Numbered from the stretch's first letter, positions 27,410 through 38,015 are shown. The stretch is 64,000 nucleotides of DNA from an uncultured delta proteobacterium (GCA_963828345.1 CAWHEZ010000035.1:7540-71539), one strand, 5' to 3'. Program-made: numbers and translations. The notes: generated from the letters alone by a model not told the origin.

Positions 27410-28450
27410 CTATTTCTTCTTCGCCCGTTCCTCCCAGGTCAGGACGATGGGGCTGGCGACATAGATCGAGGAGTAGGTCCCCACGACGAAGCCCACCAGC
27501 AGCGCCAGGGCAAAGTCGTGAATGATCGCGCCTCCGAGAAAATAGAGCGAGACCACCATGACCAGGGTGAGCCCCTGGGTCATGATCGTCCGGCTGAGGG
27601 TCTCGTTGACGCTGCGGTTGATGATCGGGCCTAAAGCGGTCTTGGACAGCTTGCGAACGTTTTCGCGAATCCGGTCGTAGACGATGATCGTGTCGTTCAG
27701 AGAATAACCGATGATCGTGAGCAGCGCCGCGATGACCGTGACCGTGAACTCTTTGTCCAGGATGGACAGCACGCCGGCCGAGATCGTGACGTCGTGGATC
27801 AGGGCGACGATCGCGCCCAGCGCGTACTTCAGACCGAAGATCCAGAAGAGGACCAGAGTCACCACCAGCGCGAGCGGGATGATCCAGTGCATCGGGACGT
27901 TGAACGTGTAGAGGAAATAGGCCGCCCCGCCCAGCACCGCCGCAACGATGCCGCTCTTGACCCACTTGAACTCGAACCGGCCGGAGATATAGATCGCCGT
28001 CAGCAGGAGCGAGATCAGGATGGCCAGCAGGGCCTTCTCCTTCAGGTCGCTGCCGACCTGGGGGCCGACCATCTCCAGGCGGCGGATGTCGACCGGGCTG
28101 CCGGTGGCGGCTTCCAGGCTCCGGTTCAGCCGGGAAGTGAAGTCGGCGCTGGTTTCCATCGCGTCGGTGCGCAGCAGGAACTCGTTTTCCCGGGCGTCCC
28201 CCACGCTTTGCACGGACACGTTCTCGATGTTGATGGCGCGCAGCCCCTCCCGGATCTTGTCGATCGCAACCGGCCCCGAGAATTTGACCTGGACGATGGA
28301 GCCCCCCGCGAAATCGACGCCGTAGTTCGGGCCGCGCAGGGTCAGCGACAGCAGGCTGAGCAGGATCAAGATGCCCGAGAAGGTGTAGGCGAACTTGCGC
28401 TTGCCAACGAAATCGAAGTTGATATTGGACTTGATGATCTCGAATGACAT
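27410..28450 (-). CDS. secF: Protein translocase subunit SecF
   Basis: ORF track entry. MSFEIIKSNINFDFVGKRKF...GVDFAGGS. Confidence 0.92.
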   Translation of the reverse strand: MSFEIIKSNINFDFVGKRKFAYTFSGILILLSLLSLTLRGPNYGVDFAGGSIVQVKFSGPVAIDKIREGLRAINIENVSVQSVGDARENEFLLRTDAMETSADFTSRLNRSLEAATGSPVDIRRLEMVGPQVGSDLKEKALLAILISLLLTAIYISGRFEFKWVKSGIVAAVLGGAAYFLYTFNVPMHWIIPLALVVTLVLFWIFGLKYALGAIVALIHDVTISAGVLSILDKEFTVTVIAALLTIIGYSLNDTIIVYDRIRENVRKLSKTALGPIINRSVNETLSRTIMTQGLTLVMVVSLYFLGGAIIHDFALALLVGFVVGTYSSIYVASPIVLTWEERAKKK

Positions 28451-28477
28451 GAACCGGTCCTCATCGAATGACGATGG

Positions 28478-30055
28478 TTAGATGCTGATGGATTTCACCT
28501 TCTGGGTGTTGAGGATGTAGTCGAAGACCACGCGCGACACCACCACGGCGGTGAAAATGCTGGCCACCACGCCCAGTGACAGCGTCACGGCGAAGCCCCG
28601 GACCGGGCCGGTCCCGAACTGGTAGAGCACCGCCGCCGCGATCAGCGTGGTCACGTTCGCATCCAGGATGGTCAGGGTGGCGCGGTCGAACCCCGCGTCC
28701 ACCGCCCCGCGCGGTGTCTTGCCCAGACGCAGCTCCTCGCGGATGCGCTCGTAGATCAGGATGTTGTTGTCGAGCGCCATGCCGACGGACAGGATGGTCC
28801 CGGCGATGCCGGGCAGCGTCAGGGTCGCTCCTAAGGCTGCGAGCCCGGCGCCGGTCAGCACCAGGTTGAGGAGCACCTCGAAATCCGCCAGGACGCCCGA
28901 AAGCCGGTAGTACAGCGCCATGAAGAGCAGGAGCAGGGCGCCGCCCACCGCCATGGCGATCAGCCCCTGGCGGATCGAGTCTGCACCGAGCGAGGGGCCG
29001 ACCGAGCGCTCTTCCAGGATGGTGACCGGGGCGGGCAGGGCGCCGGCCCTCAGGACGATGGCCAGGTCGCGCGCCTCCTCCATGGTGAACCGGCCGGTGA
29101 TGCGGGCCTTGCCGCCCGCGATCTTCTCCTGGATCGTGGGCGCGGAGTAGACCTTGTTGTCGAGGACGATCGCCAGGCGTTTGCCGACGTTCTCACCGGT
29201 GACGCGCTCGAAGGTGCGCGCGCCCTTGCGGTCGAATTCGATCGAGACGTAGGGCTCCCCGTACTGCGAGTCCAGCGCCACGCGAGCGTCCGTGAGCGAT
29301 GCGCCGGTGAGCAGCGTCCCCTTTTTAAGCAGGAAGGGGGTTCGAGTGCTGCGCCGGGTGGCGCGGTCCTCGTCGACCTTGTAGAGGACCTCGCTGCCGG
29401 GGGGAGGGGACCCCTGCACCGCGGCGTTGACGTCGTGCGCCTCGTCCACCAGTTTGAACTCGAGCAGCGCCGTGCGCCCGATCAGGTCCTTGGCGCGCTG
29501 CGTGTCCTGGATGCCGGGGAGCTGGACCAGAATCCGGTTCTCCCCCTGGCGGCGGATGTCGGGCTCGGAGACCCCGAACTGGTCGACGCGGTTGCGGATG
29601 GTTTCGAGCGCCTGCTCCACCGAGAGCTTGCGGATGTTGGCGGTTTCGGCGTCCGGCAGGTCGAGGGTCGCGGAATAGGATTCCGGGTCATCGCTCACCG
29701 AGCTCAGCCGCAGGTCGCGAAGCTCCTTGTCCATGAGCGCCTTGAACTTTTCGATGTTTTCCCGGCCTTGGACCTTGACGGCAATGCGGTAGGGGGTCGG
29801 CCGCTCGGCGCTCAGGCTCGCGATCTGGTTCTTGCGCACCAGCTCCCGCAGCTCCTGGTAGTTGCGTTCCACCGCGGCTTCGATCACCTTTTCGGTGTTG
29901 ACTTCCAGCACGAGGTGCATGCCGCCCTGCAGGTCGAGGCCGAGGTTGATCTTCTTGTGCGGCCAGACCTCGGGGGCGAAGGTCGGGATGCAGTAGACGA
30001 TGGCGGCGACGATCACCACCAGGACAATCACCAATCGAATGGAAAAGCGTTTCAA
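28478..30055 (-). CDS. secD: Protein translocase subunit SecD
   Basis: ORF track entry, 525 aa, TTG start with GAAGGGA upstream. LGLDLQGGMHLVLEV motif. Confidence 0.92.
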   Translation of the reverse strand: MKRFSIRLVIVLVVIVAAIVYCIPTFAPEVWPHKKINLGLDLQGGMHLVLEVNTEKVIEAAVERNYQELRELVRKNQIASLSAERPTPYRIAVKVQGRENIEKFKALMDKELRDLRLSSVSDDPESYSATLDLPDAETANIRKLSVEQALETIRNRVDQFGVSEPDIRRQGENRILVQLPGIQDTQRAKDLIGRTALLEFKLVDEAHDVNAAVQGSPPPGSEVLYKVDEDRATRRSTRTPFLLKKGTLLTGASLTDARVALDSQYGEPYVSIEFDRKGARTFERVTGENVGKRLAIVLDNKVYSAPTIQEKIAGGKARITGRFTMEEARDLAIVLRAGALPAPVTILEERSVGPSLGADSIRQGLIAMAVGGALLLLFMALYYRLSGVLADFEVLLNLVLTGAGLAALGATLTLPGIAGTILSVGMALDNNILIYERIREELRLGKTPRGAVDAGFDRATLTILDANVTTLIAAAVLYQFGTGPVRGFAVTLSLGVVASIFTAVVVSRVVFDYILNTQKVKSISI

Positions 30056-30167
30056 GGCGGTGTTCCCTTCTGATCCTTCGGACGCATTTCAACTCAGAGC
30101 ACGGCCGCCGGCCCCGGGTCGACCCTGCGGGGACCGGGCGGCGTGCCGTGCTCGCGCAAGGGGACGA

Positions 30168-30509
30168 TCAGCTTTCCTTGGTTTCGGCGGCGGCGGGCGC
30201 CCCGGCAATGACACCGGCGACGTTGGCGCGGCTGATCTTCACGCGCACCTTGTCGGCGATCTCGACCGTGAGCGTGACCTCGTCCAGGCCGGTCACGCGG
30301 CCGTGGAGCCCTCCGGTGGTGATGATGCGGTCGCCCTTCTTCAGGTTGGCGATCAGATTGCGGTGTTCCTTGCTGCGCTTCTGCTGGGGGCGAATGAGCA
30401 GAAAATAGAAAATGACGAACATCAGAACCAGCGGAATGAAACTGGCAAATCCCGCGGCGCCGCCCTCGGCGGCGCCTCCCATTCCCATGGCGTAGGCGTT
30501 GCTGATCAA
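30168..30509 (-). CDS. yajC: Preprotein translocase subunit YajC
   Basis: ORF track entry. FLLIRPQQKRSKEH...GDRIITTGGLHGRV. TTG start with AAGGAGG 7 nt upstream. Confidence 0.9.
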   Translation of the reverse strand: MISNAYAMGMGGAAEGGAAGFASFIPLVLMFVIFYFLLIRPQQKRSKEHRNLIANLKKGDRIITTGGLHGRVTGLDEVTLTVEIADKVRVKISRANVAGVIAGAPAAAETKES

Positions 30510-30631
30510 AGTGTGTCCTCCTTTATATTAATCGATCCGAATGCCCGAACACGTCCGGCCCGGGTCGCCCCGAGTCGGTCAAAAAGTGTCCTCTGATACA
30601 GGAAACGCTTAAGGGTGTCAACCGCAAGCGT

Positions 30632-32095
30632 TCAAGAGATGCACTCGATCCGGCTTTCGCCCGGCCCCAGTGCCGTATCCGGCTCGATCTCGATGGTGAT
30701 CTTCCGGCGGGTCTCGATTTCGACGAGGTCCTTGCGCTTGCGGTTCAGGAGGTAATCGGCCACGGCCGGGGGGACAATCCCCTTCACCCGCGTCGCGTCG
30801 CCCGCGATCACCTCCATCCCGATTTTGCGCAGGAAGGCGATGCCGAGAGTCTCGGTGGACGGGACCATGCCCTTGCCGCGGCAGCAGCGGCAGGTCACGT
30901 GACTGCCGAACTCGACCGAGGGGTGGATGCGCTGGCGCGACATTTCGAGCAGGCCGAACTTGGAGACTCGCCCCACCTTGGTGCGCGCCTTGTCCATCTT
31001 GACATGGTTCTTCAGCTCGCGCTCGACTTCAGCCCGGTGCTTGGACTCCTTCATGTCGATGAAATCGATCACGATCAGCCCACCCAGGTCGCGCAGCCGC
31101 AGCTGGCGGGAGATCTCTTCGGCCGCCTCGAGGTTGGTTTGGAACGCGGTCTGCTCGACCGATTTCTCGTGGGTGGATTTGCCCGAGTTCACGTCGATCG
31201 CGACCAAGGCCTCGGTCGGCGCGATGACGATGGACCCGCCCGATTTGAGCGGCACCCGGTTTTCGAAGATCGAGGCGATCTGCTCCTCGATCTGGAACTC
31301 GGAGAACAGGGGCTTCTCGCCCCGATAGAGCTTGACCTCCTGGGTGTGCTTGCTCGCGAAGATGGTGACGAGCTCCTGGGCCTCTTCGAACACGGCCGGC
31401 TCGTCGATGAGGATCTCGGAGACGTCCGGGCTGAAGGAGTCCCGGATGGTGCGCAGGACGAGGGCGCGTTCCTTGTAGAGCAGGGCGGTCTTCTTTTCTT
31501 TCGCAACCTTGCCCTTGATGGTCTTCCACAGCCGCAGCAAGTCCTTCAAGTCCTTGGAGATCATGGTCTTGGTGCAGCCCATGCCGGCGGTGCGCACGAT
31601 GACGCCGAAGCCGTCCGGGAGCTCCAGCTCGGCCACGATCTCCTTCAGGCGGCCGCGTTCGACCTCGTCCTCTATCTTGCGGGAGACCCCGCGCACGGAG
31701 TGTCCCGGCATCAGCACGACGTAGCGGCCCGGCAGCGAGATGAGCGTGGTGAGCATGGCGCCCTTGGTGCCGATCGGGTCCTTGCCGACCTGCACCATGA
31801 TCCCCTGGCCGCGCTTCACCAGCCGATGGAGGGGGATGCTGCCGTCGTCCTCCTCGTGGAAATAGTCGTAGTGGATGTCGTGCTTCTGAAGGAAGCCGTT
31901 GCGGTCCCCGCCGTAGTCGACGAACGCGGCCTGAAGGCTGGGCTCGACGCGGGTGACCACTGCCTTGTAGATGTTCCCCTGGGTGATTTCGCGTGCGGCG
32001 CTCTCGATACGGAACTCTTCGAGACGCCCGTCCTTCACGGTCGCCACCCGGATTTCCTCGGGATCGCTGGCGTTGATCAACAGTTTGATGCTCAT
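30632..32095 (-). CDS. rng: Rne/Rng-family ribonuclease (RNase G-like)
   Basis: ORF track entry, 487 aa. S1 domain GNIYKAVVTRVEPSLQAAFVDYG and the catalytic core. Confidence 0.9.
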   Translation of the reverse strand: MSIKLLINASDPEEIRVATVKDGRLEEFRIESAAREITQGNIYKAVVTRVEPSLQAAFVDYGGDRNGFLQKHDIHYDYFHEEDDGSIPLHRLVKRGQGIMVQVGKDPIGTKGAMLTTLISLPGRYVVLMPGHSVRGVSRKIEDEVERGRLKEIVAELELPDGFGVIVRTAGMGCTKTMISKDLKDLLRLWKTIKGKVAKEKKTALLYKERALVLRTIRDSFSPDVSEILIDEPAVFEEAQELVTIFASKHTQEVKLYRGEKPLFSEFQIEEQIASIFENRVPLKSGGSIVIAPTEALVAIDVNSGKSTHEKSVEQTAFQTNLEAAEEISRQLRLRDLGGLIVIDFIDMKESKHRAEVERELKNHVKMDKARTKVGRVSKFGLLEMSRQRIHPSVEFGSHVTCRCCRGKGMVPSTETLGIAFLRKIGMEVIAGDATRVKGIVPPAVADYLLNRKRKDLVEIETRRKITIEIEPDTALGPGESRIECIS

Positions 32096-32169
32096 GCGCC
32101 TCTTTCCATCGCCACAAGGCGATTATGGCGAATTAATTCGGTAACTTTCTTGAACTAAAAAAATGCTGC

Positions 32170-32198
32170 CTCATATGAAATTGGACATCACAAGTCAA
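32170..32198 (-). promoter_or_regulatory. Sigma70-type promoter candidate for rng
   Basis: Minus strand: TTGACT, 17-nt spacer, TATGAG, in an AT-rich stretch about 75 nt upstream of the rng ATG. Confidence 0.4.
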
Positions 32199-32408
32199 AT
32201 CATATTTTTTTTCGAGGCGCCGGATGCCGGCAGGGAACCCCGGGCCTTCATGCGCCCGGCCGTCAGGTTTCCCCGGCGGTGCCCGGCTTGCACTTCGTTG
32301 CATAGTATGGCAATAACCACAAATTCTCAACCATGACCGACATCCGGACCCCCGGCCGCGATGGGCCGGCGTGCCGCTCGGACGCCGGACGGAAAGGGAC
32401 ATCCGCAT

Positions 32409-34997
32409 ATGCAAGACCGCTATGACCCGCATGCCATCGAGCGCGCATGGCAGACCCGCTGGGAATCCGAAAACCTGTTTCGGGTCCGTGAGCAGACCGA
32501 CCGGCCGAAGTACTACCTGCTCGAAATGTTTCCGTATCCGTCCGGGAACATCCACATGGGCCACGTGCGCAACTACACGATCGGCGACGTGGTGGCCCGC
32601 TACAAACGCATGCGCGGGTTCAACGTGCTGCACCCCATGGGCTGGGACGCCTTCGGCATGCCGGCCGAGAATGCCGCCATCGCCAACCGGACGCACCCGG
32701 CGCGCTGGACGTACGCCAACATCGACACCATGCGCGCGCAGCTCAAGCGCATGGGGTTCAGCTACGACTGGGCGCGCGAAGTCGCGACCTGCCGCCCCGA
32801 GTACTACCGCTGGGAGCAGTGGCTCTTTCTGCGGATGTACGAAAAGGGCCTGGCCTACCGCAGGGAGTCCTACGTGAACTGGTGCGACCCCTGTCAGACC
32901 GTCCTCGCCAACGAGCAGGTGGAGGCCGGCCTGTGCTGGCGCTGCGGCAAGCCGGTGCGCCAGAAGAAGCTGCGGCAGTGGTTCTTCCGGATCACCCGGT
33001 ATGCCGAGGACCTGCTGCTTTACTGCGATCGCCTTCCGGGATGGCCCGAGAAGGTCATCACCATGCAGAAGAACTGGATCGGCAAGAGCCTGGGGGCCGA
33101 GATCCGGTTCCCGCTCGAAAATCAGGCCGGGGATATCCCGGTCTTCACCACGCGCCACGACACGGTGTTCGGGGCGACGTTCATGTGTCTCGCGCCCGAG
33201 CACCCGCTCGTGCCTCAATTGTCCCGGGGCACCGCCCAGGAGGCGGCCGTCACCGAGTTCGTCGACCGCATCTCGCACCAGGACCGCTCGGCCAAGGCCA
33301 TCGAAAGCTACGAGAAGGAGGGGGTCTTCGTCGGCGCCTACTGCATCAACCCGATGACCGGCCGGCGCATGCCGGTTTACACGGCCAACTTCGCTCTCAT
33401 GGAGTACGGCACGGGTGCGGTCATGTCGGTGCCGGCGCACGACCAGCGCGATTTCGAGTTCGCTCGCAAGTACGGCCTGCCGGTGGTGGTCGTGATCCGG
33501 CCGCCGGACGCCGAACTGGACCCCGCCACCATGACCGAGGCCTACGCCGGCGACGGGACCATGGCGAACTCCGGCAGCTTCGACGGCCTGCCGAACCGGC
33601 AGGCCATGGAGGCGATCGCGGCGCGCCTGGAGCAGGAGAACCTGGGTCGGCGCACCGTCAGCTTCCGTCTGCGCGACTGGGGCATCTCGCGCCAGCGCTA
33701 CTGGGGGGCGCCCATCCCGATCATCCATTGTGAGCGCTGCGGCGTCGTCCCGGTGCCCGACCGGGACCTGCCGGTCGTGCTGCCGGAGGACGCGGACCTG
33801 CTCGAAGGCGGCCAGTCGCCGCTGCCGACCCTCGACCGCTTCGTCAAGGTCGCATGCCCGCAATGCGGAGACCCCGACGCCCGCCGCGAAACCGACACCA
33901 TGGACACCTTCGTCGAATCCTCCTGGTACTTCGAGCGCTTCTGCAGCCCGGACTGCACCACGGGCATGTTCGAGCGCTCCGCCGTGGACTACTGGATGCC
34001 GGTCGACCAGTACATCGGCGGCGTCGAGCACGCGATCCTGCACCTGCTCTACTCCCGCTTCTACACGCGCGTGCTCAAGGACGAGGGCCTGGTGTCCTGC
34101 ACGGAACCGTTCACGCGGCTGCTGACCCAGGGCATGGTGTGCAAGGAAACGGTCGAGTGCCCCGAGCACGGGTTCCTGTTCCCCACCCAGGTCGAGACGG
34201 AGGGCGACCGGCGGGTCTGCACCCTCTGCCGCAAACCGGTCACGGTCGGCCGGGTGGAAAAGATGTCCAAGTCCAAGCGCAACGTGATCGACCCGAACAC
34301 GCTGCTCGACCGCTACGGGGCGGACACGACCCGCCTGTTCTGCCTGTTCGCCGCGCCTCCCGAAAAAGACCTCGAGTGGAGCGAGCAGGGCGTGGAGGGA
34401 GGCTTCCGCTTCCTCAGCCGCGTCTGGCGCCTGGCGGCCGACTGGATGCCGCACATCGGCGGCGCGCGGGCCTATGACGGGTCGACGGCGCTCGAGGGGC
34501 CCTTGAAGGAACTGCACCGCAAGACGCATGAGACGATCCGCAAGGTGACCCGCGACATCGAGGAGCGGTTTCACTTCAACACCGCCATCAGCGCGGTGAT
34601 GGAGCTCTTCAACGCCATGACCGCCATCCCGGCGGCGGGCGGCCCGGCCGAGACCGCGTCCGTGATGCGCCTGGCGCTCGAATCGCTGATCCTGCTGCTG
34701 TCGCCCATCGTGCCGCACATCTCCGAGGCGCTCTGGGCCGAGCTCGGCCACGCGGAGAGCATCCTGCTCGCGGCCTGGCCGGCGTGGCGCGAGGACGCGA
34801 TCGAGCGCGAGGAGACGCTGATCGTCCTGCAGGTGAACGGCAAGCTGCGCAGCCGGATCACGGCCGCGGTGGACGCGGCCGACGAGGAGGTGCAGCGGAT
34901 GGCCCTCGCCGACGAGAGCGTGCAGAAGTTCGTCCAGGGACGGCCGATCCGCAAGGTCGTGGTCGTCAAGAACAAGCTCGTGAACATCGTGGTGTGA
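32409..34997 (+). CDS. leuS: Leucine--tRNA ligase
   Basis: In ORF 32361..34997, starting at [27 protein letters not shown] and KMSKS motifs. Confidence 0.95.
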   Translation: MQDRYDPHAIERAWQTRWESENLFRVREQTDRPKYYLLEMFPYPSGNIHMGHVRNYTIGDVVARYKRMRGFNVLHPMGWDAFGMPAENAAIANRTHPARWTYANIDTMRAQLKRMGFSYDWAREVATCRPEYYRWEQWLFLRMYEKGLAYRRESYVNWCDPCQTVLANEQVEAGLCWRCGKPVRQKKLRQWFFRITRYAEDLLLYCDRLPGWPEKVITMQKNWIGKSLGAEIRFPLENQAGDIPVFTTRHDTVFGATFMCLAPEHPLVPQLSRGTAQEAAVTEFVDRISHQDRSAKAIESYEKEGVFVGAYCINPMTGRRMPVYTANFALMEYGTGAVMSVPAHDQRDFEFARKYGLPVVVVIRPPDAELDPATMTEAYAGDGTMANSGSFDGLPNRQAMEAIAARLEQENLGRRTVSFRLRDWGISRQRYWGAPIPIIHCERCGVVPVPDRDLPVVLPEDADLLEGGQSPLPTLDRFVKVACPQCGDPDARRETDTMDTFVESSWYFERFCSPDCTTGMFERSAVDYWMPVDQYIGGVEHAILHLLYSRFYTRVLKDEGLVSCTEPFTRLLTQGMVCKETVECPEHGFLFPTQVETEGDRRVCTLCRKPVTVGRVEKMSKSKRNVIDPNTLLDRYGADTTRLFCLFAAPPEKDLEWSEQGVEGGFRFLSRVWRLAADWMPHIGGARAYDGSTALEGPLKELHRKTHETIRKVTRDIEERFHFNTAISAVMELFNAMTAIPAAGGPAETASVMRLALESLILLLSPIVPHISEALWAELGHAESILLAAWPAWREDAIEREETLIVLQVNGKLRSRITAAVDAADEEVQRMALADESVQKFVQGRPIRKVVVVKNKLVNIVV

Positions 34998-35013
34998 GGC
35001 GGGGAGGAGGCCC

Positions 35014-35571
35014 ATGGACAAGGCGCGCGTGGTGAGGCCGGCGCGGAGAGCCGGCGCCCGGTTGACCCGGCTGCTGCTGGTCGCGCTCGTGTGCGGGGGG
35101 CTCGCCGCGGGCTGCGGCTACCGCTTCCAGGGCAAGGCGCAGCTGCCCGGGGGGGCGCAGTTCCTCTTCGTCGACATCTTCGAAAACCGGACCAACCAGC
35201 TCGGACTGGAGACGACCGTGACCAACGCGGTGGTTTTCGAGTTCACCAAGCGCGAGCAAGCAGTCCATGGTGAGCGACCGCGAGTCGGCCGATCTCGTCA
35301 TGAAGGGGGTCATCCGCTCGGTCGAGCTGAGCACGGCCGTGGCCCGTTAGCGGGACCGGGCGGGGCCCGCGCGGTCTCCCTGACGCTCGACGTGCAGCTG
35401 GTCGCCCCGGACGGCAAGGTGGAGTGGTCGGCCGTCGGGCTCACCGACAGCGACAGCTACGTCGTGAGCGCAGACAAATTCCTCAGCCAGGACAAGCAGC
35501 GGGCGACGCTGGCGATCGTCGCGAGCCGCATCGCCGAAAAGATCTACAACCGCTTCACGGATAATTTTTAA
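35014..35571 (+). CDS. lptE: LPS-assembly lipoprotein LptE; about 32 codons appear out of frame between two compensating indels
   Basis: GAGGAGG lies upstream of ATG 35014. Lipobox LAAGCGYRFQG. It follows leuS as in many genomes. The middle segment reads as Arg/Gly/His-rich filler, while the +1 frame gives SKQSMVSDRESADLVMKGVIRSVELSTAVAR. Confidence 0.8.
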   Translation: MDKARVVRPARRAGARLTRLLLVALVCGGLAAGCGYRFQGKAQLPGGAQFLFVDIFENRTNQLGLETTVTNAVVFEFTKREQAVHGERPRVGRSRHEGGHPLGRAEHGRGPLAGPGGARAVSLTLDVQLVAPDGKVEWSAVGLTDSDSYVVSADKFLSQDKQRATLAIVASRIAEKIYNRFTDNF

Positions 35572-35577
35572 AGATAG

Positions 35578-35686
35578 TGTTGGGTGTTTTGTGTTTGGTG
35601 TTTGGCAGGAAATGGCGAAGGGCGAAAATCTGCATCCAGCCGGATGCCCCTCCCCAAACACAAAACACCAAACACAAAACACCAAC
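35578..35686. repeat. AAACACC-type arrays arranged as a hairpin (GT-rich arm and CA-rich arm)
   Basis: gtgttgggtgttttgtgtttggtgtttgg ... ccaaacacaaaacaccaaacacaaaacaccaac. The loop contains a small hairpin, GCATCC-agcc-GGATGC. Confidence 0.8.
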
Positions 35687-35687
35687 A

Positions 35688-35725
35688 AAGAAAAAACGGT
35701 GAGCCGGATCTCCCGGTTCACCGTT
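35688..35725 (-). terminator. Bidirectional rho-independent terminator (rpsT / lptE)
   Basis: 13-bp stem AACGGTGAGCCGG-atctc-CCGGTTCACCGTT, flanked by an A-run on one side and TGATTT on the other. Confidence 0.6.
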
Positions 35726-35758
35726 TGATTTCAGAGGGGCTGGGGGCTGGGTCGCGGA

Positions 35759-36034
35759 CTACTCGGCTTTCGCCTTGGAGGAGTTCACCACTTTGGCCAG
35801 ACGCGAGATCTTGCGGGCGGCGGTCTTCTTGTGGATGACGCCCTTTTTGGCCGCCTTATCGATCAAGGATTTGGCCGCGTTCAGGTTCTTCTGGGCCGCC
35901 TCCGGCGACTGGGTTGCGGATTCCTCCCGCACGGACTTGACGATGTTCTTCACCCGGGTCTTGACCGTCCGATTGCGCAGCTTGCGGGTCTCGTTCTGCC
36001 GGGCGCGTTTGAGCGCTGAGGGATGGTTTGCCAA
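35759..36034 (-). CDS. rpsT: 30S ribosomal protein S20
   Basis: In ORF 35759..36058. TTG at 36034 gives (M)ANHPSALKRARQNE. AAGGAG lies 8 nt upstream. Confidence 0.9.
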   Translation of the reverse strand: MANHPSALKRARQNETRKLRNRTVKTRVKNIVKSVREESATQSPEAAQKNLNAAKSLIDKAAKKGVIHKKTAARKISRLAKVVNSSKAKAE

Positions 36035-36186
36035 GCTGATTGCTCCTTTCTTTTTCAAATGCTAAAATGCGCTTTTTAATAGACACCCTGTAACCTGTCA
36101 AGCACTTTCTCACGATCGCTCCATTGAAACCGACCATCTCACTCCCATCGGCGGCCACGGTCCGCCCCGACGACGAGGCCCGGCGG

Positions 36187-37719
36187 ATGACCCGCGCGGC
36201 CGGCGTGGTCGCCGCCGCGACCCTGCTCAGCCGTATTCTCGGTTTCGTCCGCGACGCCGTGATCGCCTGGTATTTCGGTGCGGGCTTCAGCTCGGATGCC
36301 TTTCTGGCCGCCTTCCGCATCCCGAACCTGTTCCGGCGGCTGGTCGGAGAAGGGGTCCTGAACTCGGCCGTTGTCCCGGTGTTCGCCGAAACCCTGCACC
36401 GGGGAGGTCCGGAAGAGGCGCAGCGCTTGTTCGGCGCGGCCGCGCGCGTGTTCGCCGTGGCGTTGGCGGTGGTCTGCACGCTGGGGGTTCTCGGCGCCGA
36501 CTGGCTCGTGATGCTGGTCGCCCCGGGGTTTGCCGGCCCCAAGCTGGCCCTCACCGTGAGCCTCACCCGGCTGATGTTCCCCTATCTCATGGCGGCCGGG
36601 TTGATGGCCCTCTGCATGGGGGCGCTCAATGTCAGCGGCAGTTTCGCCCCGCCGGCCCTGGCCCCCGCGCTGCTCAACGTCGCCATCATCGCCGCCGTGG
36701 TCTTTCTGTCGCCGCACCTGGGCACCCCGGTGATCGGCCTCGGGGTAGGGGTGCTGGCCGGCGGCATCGCACAGGTTGCGGTGCAGCTGCCCTTTCTGCG
36801 GCGGCATGGTCTCGCCCCCTGGCGAGCGCGGGGGTTCCGGCACCCTGCTCTGGCGCGCATCGGCCGCCTGACGGTCCCGGCCATGATGGGCGGCGCGGTC
36901 TACCAGATCAACATTCTGGTCGGGACCCTGCTCGCCTCCACGTTGTCCGAAGGCAGCGTGAGCTACCTGTACTATGCCGACCGGCTGGTCGAGTTCCCCC
37001 TGGGGGTGGTGACCATGACGGCCGCCACGGCCGTTCTGCCGAGCATGTCCCGGGACGCGGCGGCCGGCAACCGGGAGAAGGTGGGGGAAACCTTCGGCGA
37101 TGCCATGCGCCTGGTCAGCTTCATCACCCTCCCGGCGACGGCCGGCCTGATTCTCCTGGCCGAGCCGATTGTGAGCATGCTCTTCCTGCGCGGCGAGTTC
37201 ACCGCCGGCGATGTGCGGTTGACGGCTCAGGCGCTTTCATACTATGCATCCGGCCTGTGGTCCTTCTCCATGGTGCGAATCGGCGTCTCCGCTTTTTTTG
37301 CACTGCAGGACGCGCGAACCCCCTTTCGGGCGGCGACGGTGTGCATTGCCGCCAACCTCCTCGTGGGTGTTCTGCTGATGGGGCCGCTGGCCCATGGCGG
37401 GATGGCGCTCGCGGCATCGATCGCCTCCACCCTGAACCTGGTCATCCTCCTGCTGGTCTTTGGGCGCCGGACCGGACGGATGCAGTGGGGTCCGGTGGCA
37501 CGCTCCGTGGCGCGGTCCGCCTTTAACGCAGCCGTCATGGCCGGCGGCTTGTGGCTGCTGAAGCGGGAGATGGCGGGGCAATTCGACGGCCGGGTGCTGG
37601 CCGTCGGCGCATGCGTAGGCGCGGGGATGCTTCTATACGGCGCAGCGAGCTGGGCCACCGGCAGCCCGGAGCTGCGCTCGCTGGTGTCGTTGGGCAGGGC
37701 GGGAGAGCGGGTTCGATGA
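36187..37719 (+). CDS. murJ: Lipid II flippase MurJ
   Basis: In ORF 36124..37719. MTRAAGVVAAATLLSRILGFVRDAVIAWYFGAG... Confidence 0.9.
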   Translation: MTRAAGVVAAATLLSRILGFVRDAVIAWYFGAGFSSDAFLAAFRIPNLFRRLVGEGVLNSAVVPVFAETLHRGGPEEAQRLFGAAARVFAVALAVVCTLGVLGADWLVMLVAPGFAGPKLALTVSLTRLMFPYLMAAGLMALCMGALNVSGSFAPPALAPALLNVAIIAAVVFLSPHLGTPVIGLGVGVLAGGIAQVAVQLPFLRRHGLAPWRARGFRHPALARIGRLTVPAMMGGAVYQINILVGTLLASTLSEGSVSYLYYADRLVEFPLGVVTMTAATAVLPSMSRDAAAGNREKVGETFGDAMRLVSFITLPATAGLILLAEPIVSMLFLRGEFTAGDVRLTAQALSYYASGLWSFSMVRIGVSAFFALQDARTPFRAATVCIAANLLVGVLLMGPLAHGGMALAASIASTLNLVILLLVFGRRTGRMQWGPVARSVARSAFNAAVMAGGLWLLKREMAGQFDGRVLAVGACVGAGMLLYGAASWATGSPELRSLVSLGRAGERVR

Positions 37720-38009
37720 GTCGCAAACAGGGCATCCTCGTTTCAGCCGCGGTGTTGCTCATCCTCTCGCTGCTGTTCTTCATCGTGTTCAGCGAGCGCG
37801 GGCTGGCCGACCTGAGCCTGATGAAAAAAGAACGGGATCGCCTCTCCTCCCAGAACCGCCAGATCATCCAGGAGAATATCAGCCAGGGGGTGGAGATCGA
37901 CCGACTCAAGAACGACCCCAGCTACATCGAGAGCGTCGCGCGCCGGGATTTCGGGATGATCGGGCAGGATGAGATCGTGGTGAAGCCGCAACGGCCGCCG
38001 GATCGCTGA
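37716..38009 (+). CDS. ftsB: Septum formation initiator (FtsB/DivIC family)
   Basis: ATG overlaps the murJ stop (ATGA). One transmembrane helix followed by a coiled coil. DPSYIESVARRDFGMIGQDEIVV motif. Confidence 0.8.
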   Translation: MSRKQGILVSAAVLLILSLLFFIVFSERGLADLSLMKKERDRLSSQNRQIIQENISQGVEIDRLKNDPSYIESVARRDFGMIGQDEIVVKPQRPPDR

Positions 38010-38015
38010 AGGGAG

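Noticed and set aside
32199-32408. T-box or other leader structure upstream of leuS.
   Set aside because: - I found no specifier-loop or T-box consensus and no terminator/antiterminator pair.
- I also could not find a convincing -35/-10 pair.
32133-35021. 962-aa ORF on the minus strand.
   Set aside because: It is an antisense shadow of leuS, with the same filler composition and no recognisable family.
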